From contig OY760907.1 of the NCBI GenBank assembly GCA_963664195.1, positions 384,001 to 448,000 of the forward strand: DNA of 64,000 nucleotides, given 5' to 3'. Source of the stretch: an uncultured candidate division Zixibacteria bacterium (GTDB lineage Bacteria; Zixibacteria; MSB-5A5; GN15; FEB-12). A program made the translations under genes and the position numbers. The notes under the pieces are model-generated. The model had not been told where the DNA came from and searched no databases. It saw only the letters and a program-made list of their open reading frames with translations. Positions 10,137 through 19,071 of this stretch are shown here, piece after piece (the stretch's first letter is position 1; each line of letters opens with the position of its first letter).

Positions 10137-11969
10137 ATGTTTGAAGCTCTGCGAAAAGCAATTGTCCCTATAATCGTTATTGTCCTGGTCTTCTTCCTGG
10201 GCATGATCATACTCCAATGGGGTCTCGATCTCGGTCGAGGCAACCGGGGATCACAGGCTGTCGTTGCCGGTTCGGTCAACGGCGAGGACATCTCATGGCA
10301 GGCACTGTCAGATGTCAGTCGCAACCTGTACCAGTCCGAACAGAAAAAGAGCGACGAAGATATTAGCGAAGCCCGTTATCGGGAACTCGAATTGCAGGCT
10401 TGGAACCAGTTGGTCGCAGAACGCCTCCTGACTCAGGAAGCGAGGAAGCGCAACATCGTGGTTACCGACGAGGATATCTACACGTACCTCAAAGTCAGCC
10501 CGCCTCAGTTCTTGTTGCAGGCTGAGATTTTCCAGACCAATGGTAGTTTCGACCGTAACAAGTATTTCAGCGCGCTGGCCGACCCGAACTATACACAAAT
10601 GTGGGCACAACTTGAACCGCAGCTTCGTGCCGAAATGCTGAAGCTGAAGTTGCAGTTGTTGGTGACTGAAGCCGTCCACGTTACTGAGGGCGAAGTTGAG
10701 CAATCTTTCCTCGACGCCAACGAACGCGTGAAGATCGGTGCGGTCAACATTCAGAAACGCCGCTTCGACACTCTTGTGACCCAGCCTACTGCCGAAGAAC
10801 TGCAGACCTACTTCGAAGCCAACCGCAACAACTACAAGGTCGGTGAACGAGTGATCCTGCAAATCGCCAAAGCCTCGAAGGAAGCTTCAGAACGCGATCT
10901 CGAAGAAGCCCGGACGCTGGCTCTGACTCTATATGACTCAGCCAAAGCCGGAGCCGATTTTGCGGAGTTGGCCACTAACTGGTCCGAGGATCCGGGTAGC
11001 GCTGCCAAGGGGGGTGATCTTGGCTGGTTTGGCGCGGGCAAGATGGTACATGCGTTCGACAGCGCAAGCTTTGCCATGAAGGACGGCGAAATCTCTGAAC
11101 CGATCAAAACGCAGTTCGGCTGGCATATCCTCAAGCATTTTGGATATCGCATGGATGACCCGCCGGCCACCGCCAAGAGCAAGGCCAAGATCAAGAAAGC
11201 CCACGTATCGCACATATTGATCAAGACCAACGCCTCGCCGGAAACGCTGATCCGTGCAACCGATTGCCTTGACACCTTGCTGGTTCACGCCGTCGAGACA
11301 GATTTCCCGGCTGCGGCGGCTTCACTGAATCAGGAAGTTATCGTTACCGAACCGCTTACCGAACAGACCCGCAGCATTGAAGGTCTCGGCTACGCGCCGA
11401 GCGTCCTCACCTGGGCCTTTGACAACGAGGTCGGTGCTGTCTCAAACGTCATGGAGACAAACAGCGACTTCTGTGTCGTGTACATTCAGCAGAAACTCCC
11501 CGAAGGTCTGGCGGAATTCGATGCTGTGCAGGAGCAGGTCGAGGCTGATATGCGCTCGGAAGCGGAACTCCAGTTCTGCCGTGACACCGCGCAGGTTATC
11601 TACAACACCGTTGAGGCAGGAACACCGCTCCCGAAGGTCGCCGGTCGATTTGGCATGACCTACGAAGAGATTGGGCCGTTCACGCGCGCTACTCGCCTTT
11701 CAAAACTCTCGGCCGATCCGAAAGCTATCGGTGCCGCATTTGCGCTAACGGAGCTTTCCAAGGCTGCGCCCCCGGTGGAATACTCTAACGGCGCGGTCAT
11801 AATGGAGTTGCTCGAAAAAGACAGCCCGGACCTCACTCAGTTTGAGGAACGTCGCGAGGCCATTTCCGACAGTCTCCTGCTTTCAAAGAAGCAGCAGATG
11901 TATTCAAACTGGTTTAACCACGTTTTCGAGAGTTCTGACATTCAGAGCAATGTCGGCCGTCGCCAGTAG
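10137..11969 (+). CDS. PpiD/SurA-like parvulin peptidyl-prolyl isomerase
   Basis: N-terminal TM anchor, SurA_N-like region, [16 protein letters not shown] and TQFGWHI rotamase motifs. Confidence 0.88.
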   Translation: MFEALRKAIVPIIVIVLVFFLGMIILQWGLDLGRGNRGSQAVVAGSVNGEDISWQALSDVSRNLYQSEQKKSDEDISEARYRELELQAWNQLVAERLLTQEARKRNIVVTDEDIYTYLKVSPPQFLLQAEIFQTNGSFDRNKYFSALADPNYTQMWAQLEPQLRAEMLKLKLQLLVTEAVHVTEGEVEQSFLDANERVKIGAVNIQKRRFDTLVTQPTAEELQTYFEANRNNYKVGERVILQIAKASKEASERDLEEARTLALTLYDSAKAGADFAELATNWSEDPGSAAKGGDLGWFGAGKMVHAFDSASFAMKDGEISEPIKTQFGWHILKHFGYRMDDPPATAKSKAKIKKAHVSHILIKTNASPETLIRATDCLDTLLVHAVETDFPAAAASLNQEVIVTEPLTEQTRSIEGLGYAPSVLTWAFDNEVGAVSNVMETNSDFCVVYIQQKLPEGLAEFDAVQEQVEADMRSEAELQFCRDTAQVIYNTVEAGTPLPKVAGRFGMTYEEIGPFTRATRLSKLSADPKAIGAAFALTELSKAAPPVEYSNGAVIMELLEKDSPDLTQFEERREAISDSLLLSKKQQMYSNWFNHVFESSDIQSNVGRRQ

Positions 11970-11995
11970 ACGATTCACTCAAGACTCAAGACTCG

Positions 11996-12023
11996 AAAGC
12001 CCGCCTTTGGCGGGCTTTTTTTT
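11996..12023 (+). terminator. Intrinsic terminator
   Basis: AAGCCCGCC-TTT-GGCGGGCTT followed by T-tract. Confidence 0.88.
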
Positions 12024-12121
12024 GTCTTAGTAATGTTGAAGACACGCCATTGACGAGAATGTAGTTGTCGAGGAATCGGGCTATCCCGGTAGGTTCACGC
12101 CCTTCTCCGATCTGTCTTCTC

Positions 12122-12250
12122 GTAGATCAGGCCCGTCCTCGGGCCTGACAGCAAGGAAAGTTCGCCACAGGCGAACGATGGCAGAACCGCTGGCGCGGCC
12201 AATCGCAAGTTTGAGGACAGCCACTTGTGGCGTTGACCTTCGCTACGAGG
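12122..12250. repeat. REP cluster: GTAG hairpin (12122-12149, +) and type A variant with inserted GCCAC..GTGGC stem (12201-12246, -)
   Basis: GTAGATCAGGCCCG-TCCT-CGGGCCTGA; AATCGCAAGTTTGAGGACAGCCACTTGTGGCGTTGACCTTCGCTAC closely matches 57692-57738. Confidence 0.72.
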
Positions 12251-12331
12251 ACTGTCAGACCAACACCCTTCAAAGAAGCCTTGAGGGTGGCACCCCTGAG
12301 TCCGGAGCCACCGAAAGTCCTGAAGTCCACC

Positions 12332-12574
12332 TCAGACCGCCCGCCGCCGCAACGCCTGCACCAAACGCACCAGCGCCGCACCACCCCAGACAATCTCCAA
12401 CACCACAAACGGAATGACTCCCCCTGCCAGAGCATACCACGCCGCCATGCCGGCCCCCAGCACATTCATGAAGAGATATGCAGGATTGTCCTCCGTTAGC
12501 CGACGAGTCAAATTCAGTACAAACGCCAGCAACAACAACCCTACACCACAGGAACCAACAATCATAGGCGCCAC
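12332..12574 (-). CDS. Small membrane protein (CBU_0592-like)
   Basis: Three hydrophobic segments, YLFMNVLG...PFVVLEIVW pattern; GTG start after GGAGG. Confidence 0.7.
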   Translation of the reverse strand: MAPMIVGSCGVGLLLLAFVLNLTRRLTEDNPAYLFMNVLGAGMAAWYALAGGVIPFVVLEIVWGGAALVRLVQALRRRAV

Positions 12575-12665
12575 GGTTTCCTCCGAGAGACAACAGTTAC
12601 AGTCTAAGCACACGTAAGTCGGGTTGCCGCCCGCTGTCTACAAGAATGTATGGATGAACAGCCTG

Positions 12666-13490
12666 TCAGGCGCGTCTGGACGTCGCCATAGCGATTTCGC
12701 GAGAAGGGGCGTTGATCAGCGCCAGCTTGTGACGGAACTCACGGTTCTCGTCGATGTCGAGCGTTTCGGTCAACAGGCGAACGTTCGCCTCGGCCGTAAA
12801 GGGGACGCGGTTCAGGATTTCCCACGGTGCCGCAACCAGTGACCGACCGTGGAGCGGCTTGCCGAACAGCGTCCCCACCCCGCAAACCTTGACGACATAC
12901 GATCCCGATATCCGGGCACCGTCGAGGAAATACAGTACGTCCCGCTGTCGTTTCTCGGACACTGAATCGGCCGGACGATACGGCGAAGTAGTGGGGATGA
13001 AGATGATATCGGTATTTTCGCCGCCTAGTTCCTCGTACATGTGCGGAAAGAAAACGTCGCCACATATCATTAGACCGATCCTGACGCCGTCGACAGTGAG
13101 AACGAGATTCCCCTTGCCGGGGCTTATCCCCCGCTCCTGCTCACCGGGCACCGGATACCGTTTGAGGTAACGACCGATGATGACACCTCGGTTGATGACA
13201 TAGCAGGCGTTGTGCAACCTGCCTTCCTCGGACTCGACCACCGTGCCACCTATAACGCAGGTCCTCAAGTCGTCAGAAAGGCGCATCAGGTATTCCAGAT
13301 GATCTGCTTTCCGTTTGGCTGCCTGCTCGAAACTGACGACCGTTTCATCGATCAGCCAATACTCCGGGAGACAGACAAAATCCGGCCTCTGTTTGAAGAG
13401 GTGTATTTTCTCGTCAATTGTCAGTCGACGGCCCATTTGCGCCTGTACGGCGACTACCTTGATTAGCATCCTTGCCCCGTGAGTGGTCAT
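12666..13490 (-). CDS. Carbon-nitrogen hydrolase (nitrilase superfamily)
   Basis: Catalytic triad motifs CLPEY, YLK, ICGD; GRSLVAAPW; exact start uncertain. Confidence 0.85.
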   Translation of the reverse strand: MTTHGARMLIKVVAVQAQMGRRLTIDEKIHLFKQRPDFVCLPEYWLIDETVVSFEQAAKRKADHLEYLMRLSDDLRTCVIGGTVVESEEGRLHNACYVINRGVIIGRYLKRYPVPGEQERGISPGKGNLVLTVDGVRIGLMICGDVFFPHMYEELGGENTDIIFIPTTSPYRPADSVSEKRQRDVLYFLDGARISGSYVVKVCGVGTLFGKPLHGRSLVAAPWEILNRVPFTAEANVRLLTETLDIDENREFRHKLALINAPSREIAMATSRRA

Positions 13491-13604
13491 TGCAGATTCA
13501 ATATCTTGTTACGGATCGAATGCCGGGGAGTTCAACAAAACTTGGCGGGAGGCAAAATAAAAGTGGATACGCCCGGTCTGGAAGGGATTGCGGCTATATA
13601 TGTG

Positions 13605-13628
13605 CTGTTGGACGACCCCGTCCGACAG
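13605..13628. repeat. Hairpin repeat, copy 1
   Basis: CTGTTGGACG-ACCC-CGTCCGACAG; 23/24 identical to 15166-15189. Confidence 0.75.
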
Positions 13629-13754
13629 CCGCGATACACGCTGGAATTCTTCGTTCTGAAACCGCACCTATTAGAGATTGGCTGGCTGGGTGGCCGGGTC
13701 AAACTTGTTTGGCCCGGATGTTTGGTCTTCTCGCTGCACTTTCGCAACGCGCAC

Positions 13755-15140
13755 TCACTTGCCTTGCGGTTTCTTCGGCGTAAACTTCCTACGACAGGCC
13801 ACCACAATCAACGAACCTAGAATCAGATTCAGAATGGTCTCAAAGACTAGAATCCCTTTCTGCAGACTATCAGAGGGTGGACTGAGTTCATGCTTCCGGT
13901 CGAATGTTGACAGCGATAGGTTCGCCCCGAAAGTGGACTTGTAGTCTTCCCAGATATGGGAAGGATCACTGCCGCCCTGATAAGGGCCTGGAGAATCAGT
14001 TCCGTTTTCCCATAAGTCCGCAACGTCATAGTTGACCCAGACAATATGCTCTTTCGTCGGCTCTGTCGGGTCCGGTCTGGTCACATTCATGCCTACCACA
14101 AGTAGAATGAGAGGGAACAAAGCAAGGCTGAGTGTCAGACAGGCAGCCGGCCGAAGGATGGACTCTCCGTAGTTCGACGCGAGTTGATAGAACCAGTTCA
14201 ACAACCTCGATGGCTTGTCATAGTTCTTATCACGACGTGTGACAACCATCTGTCCCAAGTAGAAGTGTCGAGCAAGGTGAAAATCTGAATGTTCGAAGAA
14301 GTACTCCTCCAGATAGCGGTATGAGTCCACCACCTTCACTGGGTCATCGCGATAGAAGTGCTCATCTCGAATCTTCTTTCTTCCCCACTGATACCACTTC
14401 TTCTTCTCATCCCACGCCTTCGTATTCTCAAACTCGATCCGTAAATTCTCCCTTGGAAGAGTCGCGATTTTCAGACCGGCCAAATTGCAGTACGCGAATC
14501 GAATTCCAGCTATGTTTCCAGTTGCTCGGAAATGAAGGTCGGCTTCACCTCGGAACTCGCAATTGCGAAACTCAAGCCACTGACTCTTCGGATGCTTTGC
14601 CAACTCTGCCCCAACAAACGACGCTGCGTCATTGAACACAGTGTCCTTGAACACGGGCAGTTCTTTGAACCTGCAAGCCCGGAAATTGGCCTTCTTCCGA
14701 AACGTCACGCTCTCGAAAGTGGCCTTAGCTTCGAGAGAGACCCCTCTCTTAGGGGGATCACTGTCATCACCGAAATTAGCGTCGCCCATGAAGTCCGTAC
14801 TGTGGAACGAAGTGTAGTCGTGAAAGTGCAGTCCGCGAAAAGAAGCGTCACCGTGGAATGTGCAGTGTTCGATGTAAAGCGGCTTTCCCGCTACTACGGG
14901 ACATTGAAACGAGACTCTCGGAAATATGAAGTGAGACAGGTCAATGTCCTTGCAGTTACTCGATGCGCTCAGTCTCTTAATCTCCTCGACGAACGGCTCC
15001 AACGACTTGTCGGGGTCGTCGAGATGAAAGTGGCAACATCCGTCCTGCACGGCATCCCTTGGACACTGACGAGTCTCTCTGCCAAGCTCTCCGTTTTTCC
15101 CAAGAGCTATCTGGTATTCTACTTTGCATCTCTCAGCCAT
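13755..15140 (-). CDS. Pentapeptide-repeat protein with C-terminal membrane domain
   Basis: Repeated F..A.F / ANF motifs (FHGDASF, FMGDANF, FRKKANF); N-terminal Cys/His cluster; SNYGES..RP followed by TM helices. Confidence 0.7.
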   Translation of the reverse strand: MAERCKVEYQIALGKNGELGRETRQCPRDAVQDGCCHFHLDDPDKSLEPFVEEIKRLSASSNCKDIDLSHFIFPRVSFQCPVVAGKPLYIEHCTFHGDASFRGLHFHDYTSFHSTDFMGDANFGDDSDPPKRGVSLEAKATFESVTFRKKANFRACRFKELPVFKDTVFNDAASFVGAELAKHPKSQWLEFRNCEFRGEADLHFRATGNIAGIRFAYCNLAGLKIATLPRENLRIEFENTKAWDEKKKWYQWGRKKIRDEHFYRDDPVKVVDSYRYLEEYFFEHSDFHLARHFYLGQMVVTRRDKNYDKPSRLLNWFYQLASNYGESILRPAACLTLSLALFPLILLVVGMNVTRPDPTEPTKEHIVWVNYDVADLWENGTDSPGPYQGGSDPSHIWEDYKSTFGANLSLSTFDRKHELSPPSDSLQKGILVFETILNLILGSLIVVACRRKFTPKKPQGK

Positions 15141-15165
15141 TTGTACTCCCCATACGGCTTATGTA

Positions 15166-15189
15166 CTGTTGGACGCCCCCGTCCGACAG
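15166..15189. repeat. Hairpin repeat, copy 2
   Basis: CTGTTGGACG-CCCC-CGTCCGACAG, direct repeat of 13605-13628. Confidence 0.75.
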
Positions 15190-15240
15190 CCCCGAAATCG
15201 CACGCCCTATCGTCAGTATGAAGAACCGCTGCGCGGGCAA

Positions 15241-15318
15241 TCGCAGGTCTGAAGACAGACCTTCGCTACTAAGACTGTCGAAACCGCAGGCAACTCGTTG
15301 CGATGGGTTTCGACCTAC
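15241..15318 (-). repeat. Composite REP module (type A + type B)
   Basis: TCGCAGGTCTGAAGACAGACCTTCGCTAC, then TGTCGAAACC...GGTTTCGACCTAC; same order as 6872-6954. Confidence 0.85.
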
Positions 15319-15328
15319 CATGCCGCCG

Positions 15329-17008
15329 CTAGCAATTCGTGTAGTTCGGGCCTTCCCCGCCCTGAGGCGTTACCCAGCGGATCACCTGGTACGGATCGGC
15401 GATATCACACGTCTTGCAATGCACGCAGTTCGACGGCGTCAACTCCAGCTTCTTCTTGCCCGGGTTTTCCTCGTCCTCCACCATATTGTAGACAGAGGCG
15501 GGACAGAAATGCTGGCACGGATTACCGTATTCTTCAGTGCACTTGCTGACGCAGATATCAGGGTCGGTGATGACCAGATGCGAGGGCTGGTGCTCCTCGT
15601 GCATCGTGCCCGACTTATAGACATCGGTAACTTTATCGAACAGATACTCGTTGTCAAACTTGACCGCCGGTTTCTCCGGGGCACGACCGAACTTCTGCTT
15701 GTAATCTGCCACCTTCATGACGTATTCGTGGTCCTGCTTGTGTGTCCGACGCTCGAACAGCCCTTTGCCTCCGGTAACAAGCTGCATTCCGGCGTGGAAC
15801 ATACCCGACATCAGACCGCCCTCGAAGCCGGCGTGGAAATTACGTGATCCCCACAGCTCTTCTTTGGCCCAGGAGTCCTCGAACTTGTCGGCGTAAGTCT
15901 TCAACTTCGCCTGCGAGAAGTCTTCCGCCTTAACGGCCTCATACACGGTTTCAGCCGCAAGGATACCGGACTTAATAGCGATGTGAATGCCCTTGAGCTT
16001 CTGGGCGTTCAACAGTCCCGCAGCGTCGCCACAGAGCAGGAGACCGTCGTGGTAAAGCTTCGGAACAGAGAAGTACCCGCCGACCGGAATCGTCTTGGCC
16101 CCGTAGTGCAGCATCTCGCCACCTTCGAGGATTCCACGAATCAGCTTGTGATTTTTGTAGCGCTGGAACTTGCCGTGCGGATCGTTGGTTGGATCGGCAC
16201 AATCCAGCCCGACTGCGTAACCGACCGACACCATGGTATCGGACATGCCGTAGACCCAGCCGCCGCCGTACTCGGAGCTTTCGCTGGGGAAACCGACGGA
16301 GTGGATCACCTGCCCTGCCTTGATCCGGCCCGCGGGCACATCCCATATCTCTTTGACACCGGTGAGATACTGTTGCGGAAGGCAATTTTCGGTCAGCTCA
16401 GGAATCTTTTCATGGGCCAGCTTGGTCAGCGAACCGTGGACGCCCTCGCAGAGCAACGTCACTTTGGCCTTGATGAGTGATCCCGGTTCGAAATTCGGTT
16501 TCTGGCTGCCGTCTTTGTCCAGACCCAAATCGACTGTCTGAACTCCGGTAACAACGCCGTCTTCGATCAACAGGTCAAACCCGGCCAAACCGGCGTAAAT
16601 GTCGATTCCGGCTTCCTCAACCTGTTCGCCCATCCATCCGGTCAATTTGTTCAACGACACCACGTAATTGCCGTGGTTGTTGAGCGAGGGCGGCATAAAC
16701 GGGAATTTGAGCGCTCCACCCTCGGAGAGCTTATACATGGAATCAGCGCTGACGGGAGCTTCGAGCGGGGCATTCTTGTCCTGGAAATCCGGGATCAGTT
16801 CGGCAAGGCCGCGGGGGTTCATCACCGCGCCGGAGAGCGAATGCCCCCCGACATACGAACCTTTTTCCATGACGAGAATCTCCGGCAGTTCAGCGGATTC
16901 ATCAGCGGAGAACAGTGCCGCAAGCTTGTAGGCGGCCGCAAGACCGGCCGGACCGGCACCAACAATCAAGACATCAGTTTCGAGAATATCGCGTTCAATA
17001 TCCATCAT
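15329..17008 (-). CDS. Electron transfer flavoprotein:quinone oxidoreductase (ETF-QO)
   Basis: IVGAGPAGL FAD motif, GGHSLSGA, GVKEIW, KGIHIAIKSG; C-terminal CPASVY...NCVHCKTCDI 4Fe-4S motif. Confidence 0.93.
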   Translation of the reverse strand: MMDIERDILETDVLIVGAGPAGLAAAYKLAALFSADESAELPEILVMEKGSYVGGHSLSGAVMNPRGLAELIPDFQDKNAPLEAPVSADSMYKLSEGGALKFPFMPPSLNNHGNYVVSLNKLTGWMGEQVEEAGIDIYAGLAGFDLLIEDGVVTGVQTVDLGLDKDGSQKPNFEPGSLIKAKVTLLCEGVHGSLTKLAHEKIPELTENCLPQQYLTGVKEIWDVPAGRIKAGQVIHSVGFPSESSEYGGGWVYGMSDTMVSVGYAVGLDCADPTNDPHGKFQRYKNHKLIRGILEGGEMLHYGAKTIPVGGYFSVPKLYHDGLLLCGDAAGLLNAQKLKGIHIAIKSGILAAETVYEAVKAEDFSQAKLKTYADKFEDSWAKEELWGSRNFHAGFEGGLMSGMFHAGMQLVTGGKGLFERRTHKQDHEYVMKVADYKQKFGRAPEKPAVKFDNEYLFDKVTDVYKSGTMHEEHQPSHLVITDPDICVSKCTEEYGNPCQHFCPASVYNMVEDEENPGKKKLELTPSNCVHCKTCDIADPYQVIRWVTPQGGEGPNYTNC

Positions 17009-17104
17009 CCACCCTCCGGAGTTTAAGTTCCTGGAGGGAATATACGAAACCGATCGCTAAAAAAGAAGACTAAAGCGTCTGGGGGGCGATGATCTTCGGG
17101 CGTC

Positions 17105-17536
17105 TTACCTGGAAGCAGATTTCTGATTTGTGCGACGGGGTTGTTCCCGGTAACCTTCATTGACGACATTGCTGTTCTGGTTTAGTTGCAGCATTTCCGT
17201 CAGTTTCTTCTTGTCGCAGCCAGCCATAATCAGACGGGTCGTCTTGACAATAGGTCGACGGAGCAAAGACGGATCTTCCGCAATCATACGGATAACCTCT
17301 TCACGTTCCGGGATGCCCTTGTCCAAACCCTTCTTGGCAAACGATGGAGAAACTTGATTCAAGAAGTGTGTCACAGGAATATGACCCAGCAATTTGTTCA
17401 GTTCGGTTACGGAAAGCGGATCGCTTTTCATATCCCGTACTGTCAATAAGATGCCGGCCTCTTCTATGAACTTGCGTATCTCGTTGCATTGTTCATCGTC
17501 GCCGTAAGTCATAAATGAAGCGCGTCGTTGAGCCAT
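17105..17536 (-). CDS. ArsC/Spx/MgsR family protein
   Basis: PLS..EL..LL and PSLLRRPIV motifs; thioredoxin-like size. Confidence 0.75.
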   Translation of the reverse strand: MAQRRASFMTYGDDEQCNEIRKFIEEAGILLTVRDMKSDPLSVTELNKLLGHIPVTHFLNQVSPSFAKKGLDKGIPEREEVIRMIAEDPSLLRRPIVKTTRLIMAGCDKKKLTEMLQLNQNSNVVNEGYREQPRRTNQKSASR

Positions 17537-18032
17537 TTTTCCTCCTGCTCAATAAAAACAAACCAGCTGAGTATCTGGGATGCGCAGTATACCGCTGCTA
17601 TGAAAGTCAAAGAAATTTACTAATGCCCGATCTCGAATAAATCGATCAGTGGGACTATTAAAACTAACTATTGGACACAAAGTCAACATAATTTTCGAGG
17701 TTTCGGCGGTCAGAACAACCGCACGATATCGCTCCTCTTTAGTTGCCAAACTCAAAGTTGTCTGTCTCCGGGACTGACACAGAACTCGAATATTTTCAAA
17801 CGAAAAGTCGTGACCGGTTCAAATACAAACCGTTGGCCTGATCTTGCAGCCGAGCGCTGCCCCCTTGAGATCGTCTTCTGATAGCCTACTACTAGTGTCG
17901 GAAAACCGGATTACTTCCTTGAGTGCACCGGTTAAGAATTATAACATCGGGGGCGCTAATTTGGTTCCGTATCCGGGGATGTACAGCTGCACTGCACAGT
18001 TGACTCGACTGTCACTGTCTGAGCCTCAGCTG

Positions 18033-18656
18033 CTAGAGGCGAACCGCTACGGCGATACCGTCACGGATAGGCAGCACGGTAGTGAAGAAACGGCTGTCCT
18101 GGTACAACCTGCGAGTAAATTCCACAATCGCTTCGGTGGTGGTGTCCTGTTTCTTCTCCATCACTCTCCCCGACCAGATCAGGTTGTCGGTGATGAACAG
18201 GCCGCCCTTGCGGAGACGAGCCGCCGCGACATCAATTGTCAAGGGGTACTCGTGTTTGTCGATATCATTGAGCACAATATCGAAGGTCTCGCCGATCTTG
18301 GCGGCCGATTTCAGGGCATCGCCGACTGCAAAAATGAACTGGCTCTGAAGTCCTGCTTTTTTGAAATAATTGAAAGCGCGACGCTTGTTGGACTTATTGC
18401 CATCAGTCATGTAGATCGTACCTTTGGTCTTCATCGCAAGGGAAAACCAGAACGCCGAATACCCGAAACCGGAGCCCAGCTCCAGGACCTTTCGGGCTTT
18501 GATACTGACAGCCATCTGGTACAGAAATCGGCCTACCAGTGGACCGATTATCGGAAAGCCGTTATCCCGGGCGTGCTCTTCCATCTCCTTGAGGACCGGC
18601 GGACGATCCGGTGTAATTTGGTGCAGATATGAATCGAGTTTCTTTACGGTAGTCAT
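18033..18656 (-). CDS. O-methyltransferase (CCoAOMT/COMT-like)
   Basis: VLELGSGFGYS, FDIVLNDIDK, GGLFITDN, LPIRDG. Confidence 0.88.
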   Translation of the reverse strand: MTTVKKLDSYLHQITPDRPPVLKEMEEHARDNGFPIIGPLVGRFLYQMAVSIKARKVLELGSGFGYSAFWFSLAMKTKGTIYMTDGNKSNKRRAFNYFKKAGLQSQFIFAVGDALKSAAKIGETFDIVLNDIDKHEYPLTIDVAAARLRKGGLFITDNLIWSGRVMEKKQDTTTEAIVEFTRRLYQDSRFFTTVLPIRDGIAVAVRL

Positions 18657-18669
18657 TTCACAACTCCAG

Positions 18670-18972
18670 CTACATCAGTAGATACACGTCTCCCTCGGAG
18701 ACCGTCACCTCGTACCTTTTGAGCCTGACGCCCTCGACATCAAGACAATCGCCTGTTCTTAGATCGTAGCGCCAATGATGCCACTTGCAGGTCAGAACGC
18801 CGTCCTCAACTCCGCCGGTGGCCAGGGAAGCCCGCATGTGTTTGCAGTCTGATTCGATGCCGAACAATTCGCCGTTGTCGTTGAAGACAGCGACTCTGCG
18901 AGCGAGGATCTTCTTCTCAAGCGACTTGCCGGGAGGTATGTCTGCAAGCTTCCCCATATTGATCTTGTTCAT
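18670..18972 (-). CDS. Rieske [2Fe-2S] ferredoxin
   Basis: CKH...CKWH Rieske ligands, YDLRTG. Confidence 0.85.
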   Translation of the reverse strand: MNKINMGKLADIPPGKSLEKKILARRVAVFNDNGELFGIESDCKHMRASLATGGVEDGVLTCKWHHWRYDLRTGDCLDVEGVRLKRYEVTVSEGDVYLLM

Positions 18973-19071
18973 CAGGTACCTACTCCAACTCTATACGCGA
19001 GGGTTTGCGTGATGTTCCACAGCCGACGACCAATAGCATCCGGACGCACTTCGCCAAAAACAGAGTTAGCA

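Noticed and set aside
11977..11997. ACTCAAG heptamer tandem before the terminator
   Set aside because: Only about three imperfect copies in a 3' UTR; no functional inference possible
5685..15318. Integron attC cassette array
   Set aside because: Hairpins lack RYYYAAC/GTTRRRY ends, no intI is present, and the genes are dispersed among core genes
14532..15847. Long alternative ORFs (14532-15221, 15059-15847) and similar antisense ORFs such as 1361-2293 and 56749-57672
   Set aside because: They overlap well-supported genes on the opposite strand and lack motifs; typical shadow ORFs in GC-rich DNA
17540..18030. About 490-bp AT-richer gap with short ORFs (17549-17755)
   Set aside because: No credible RBS, motif, tRNA or stable structure seen; probably promoter DNA
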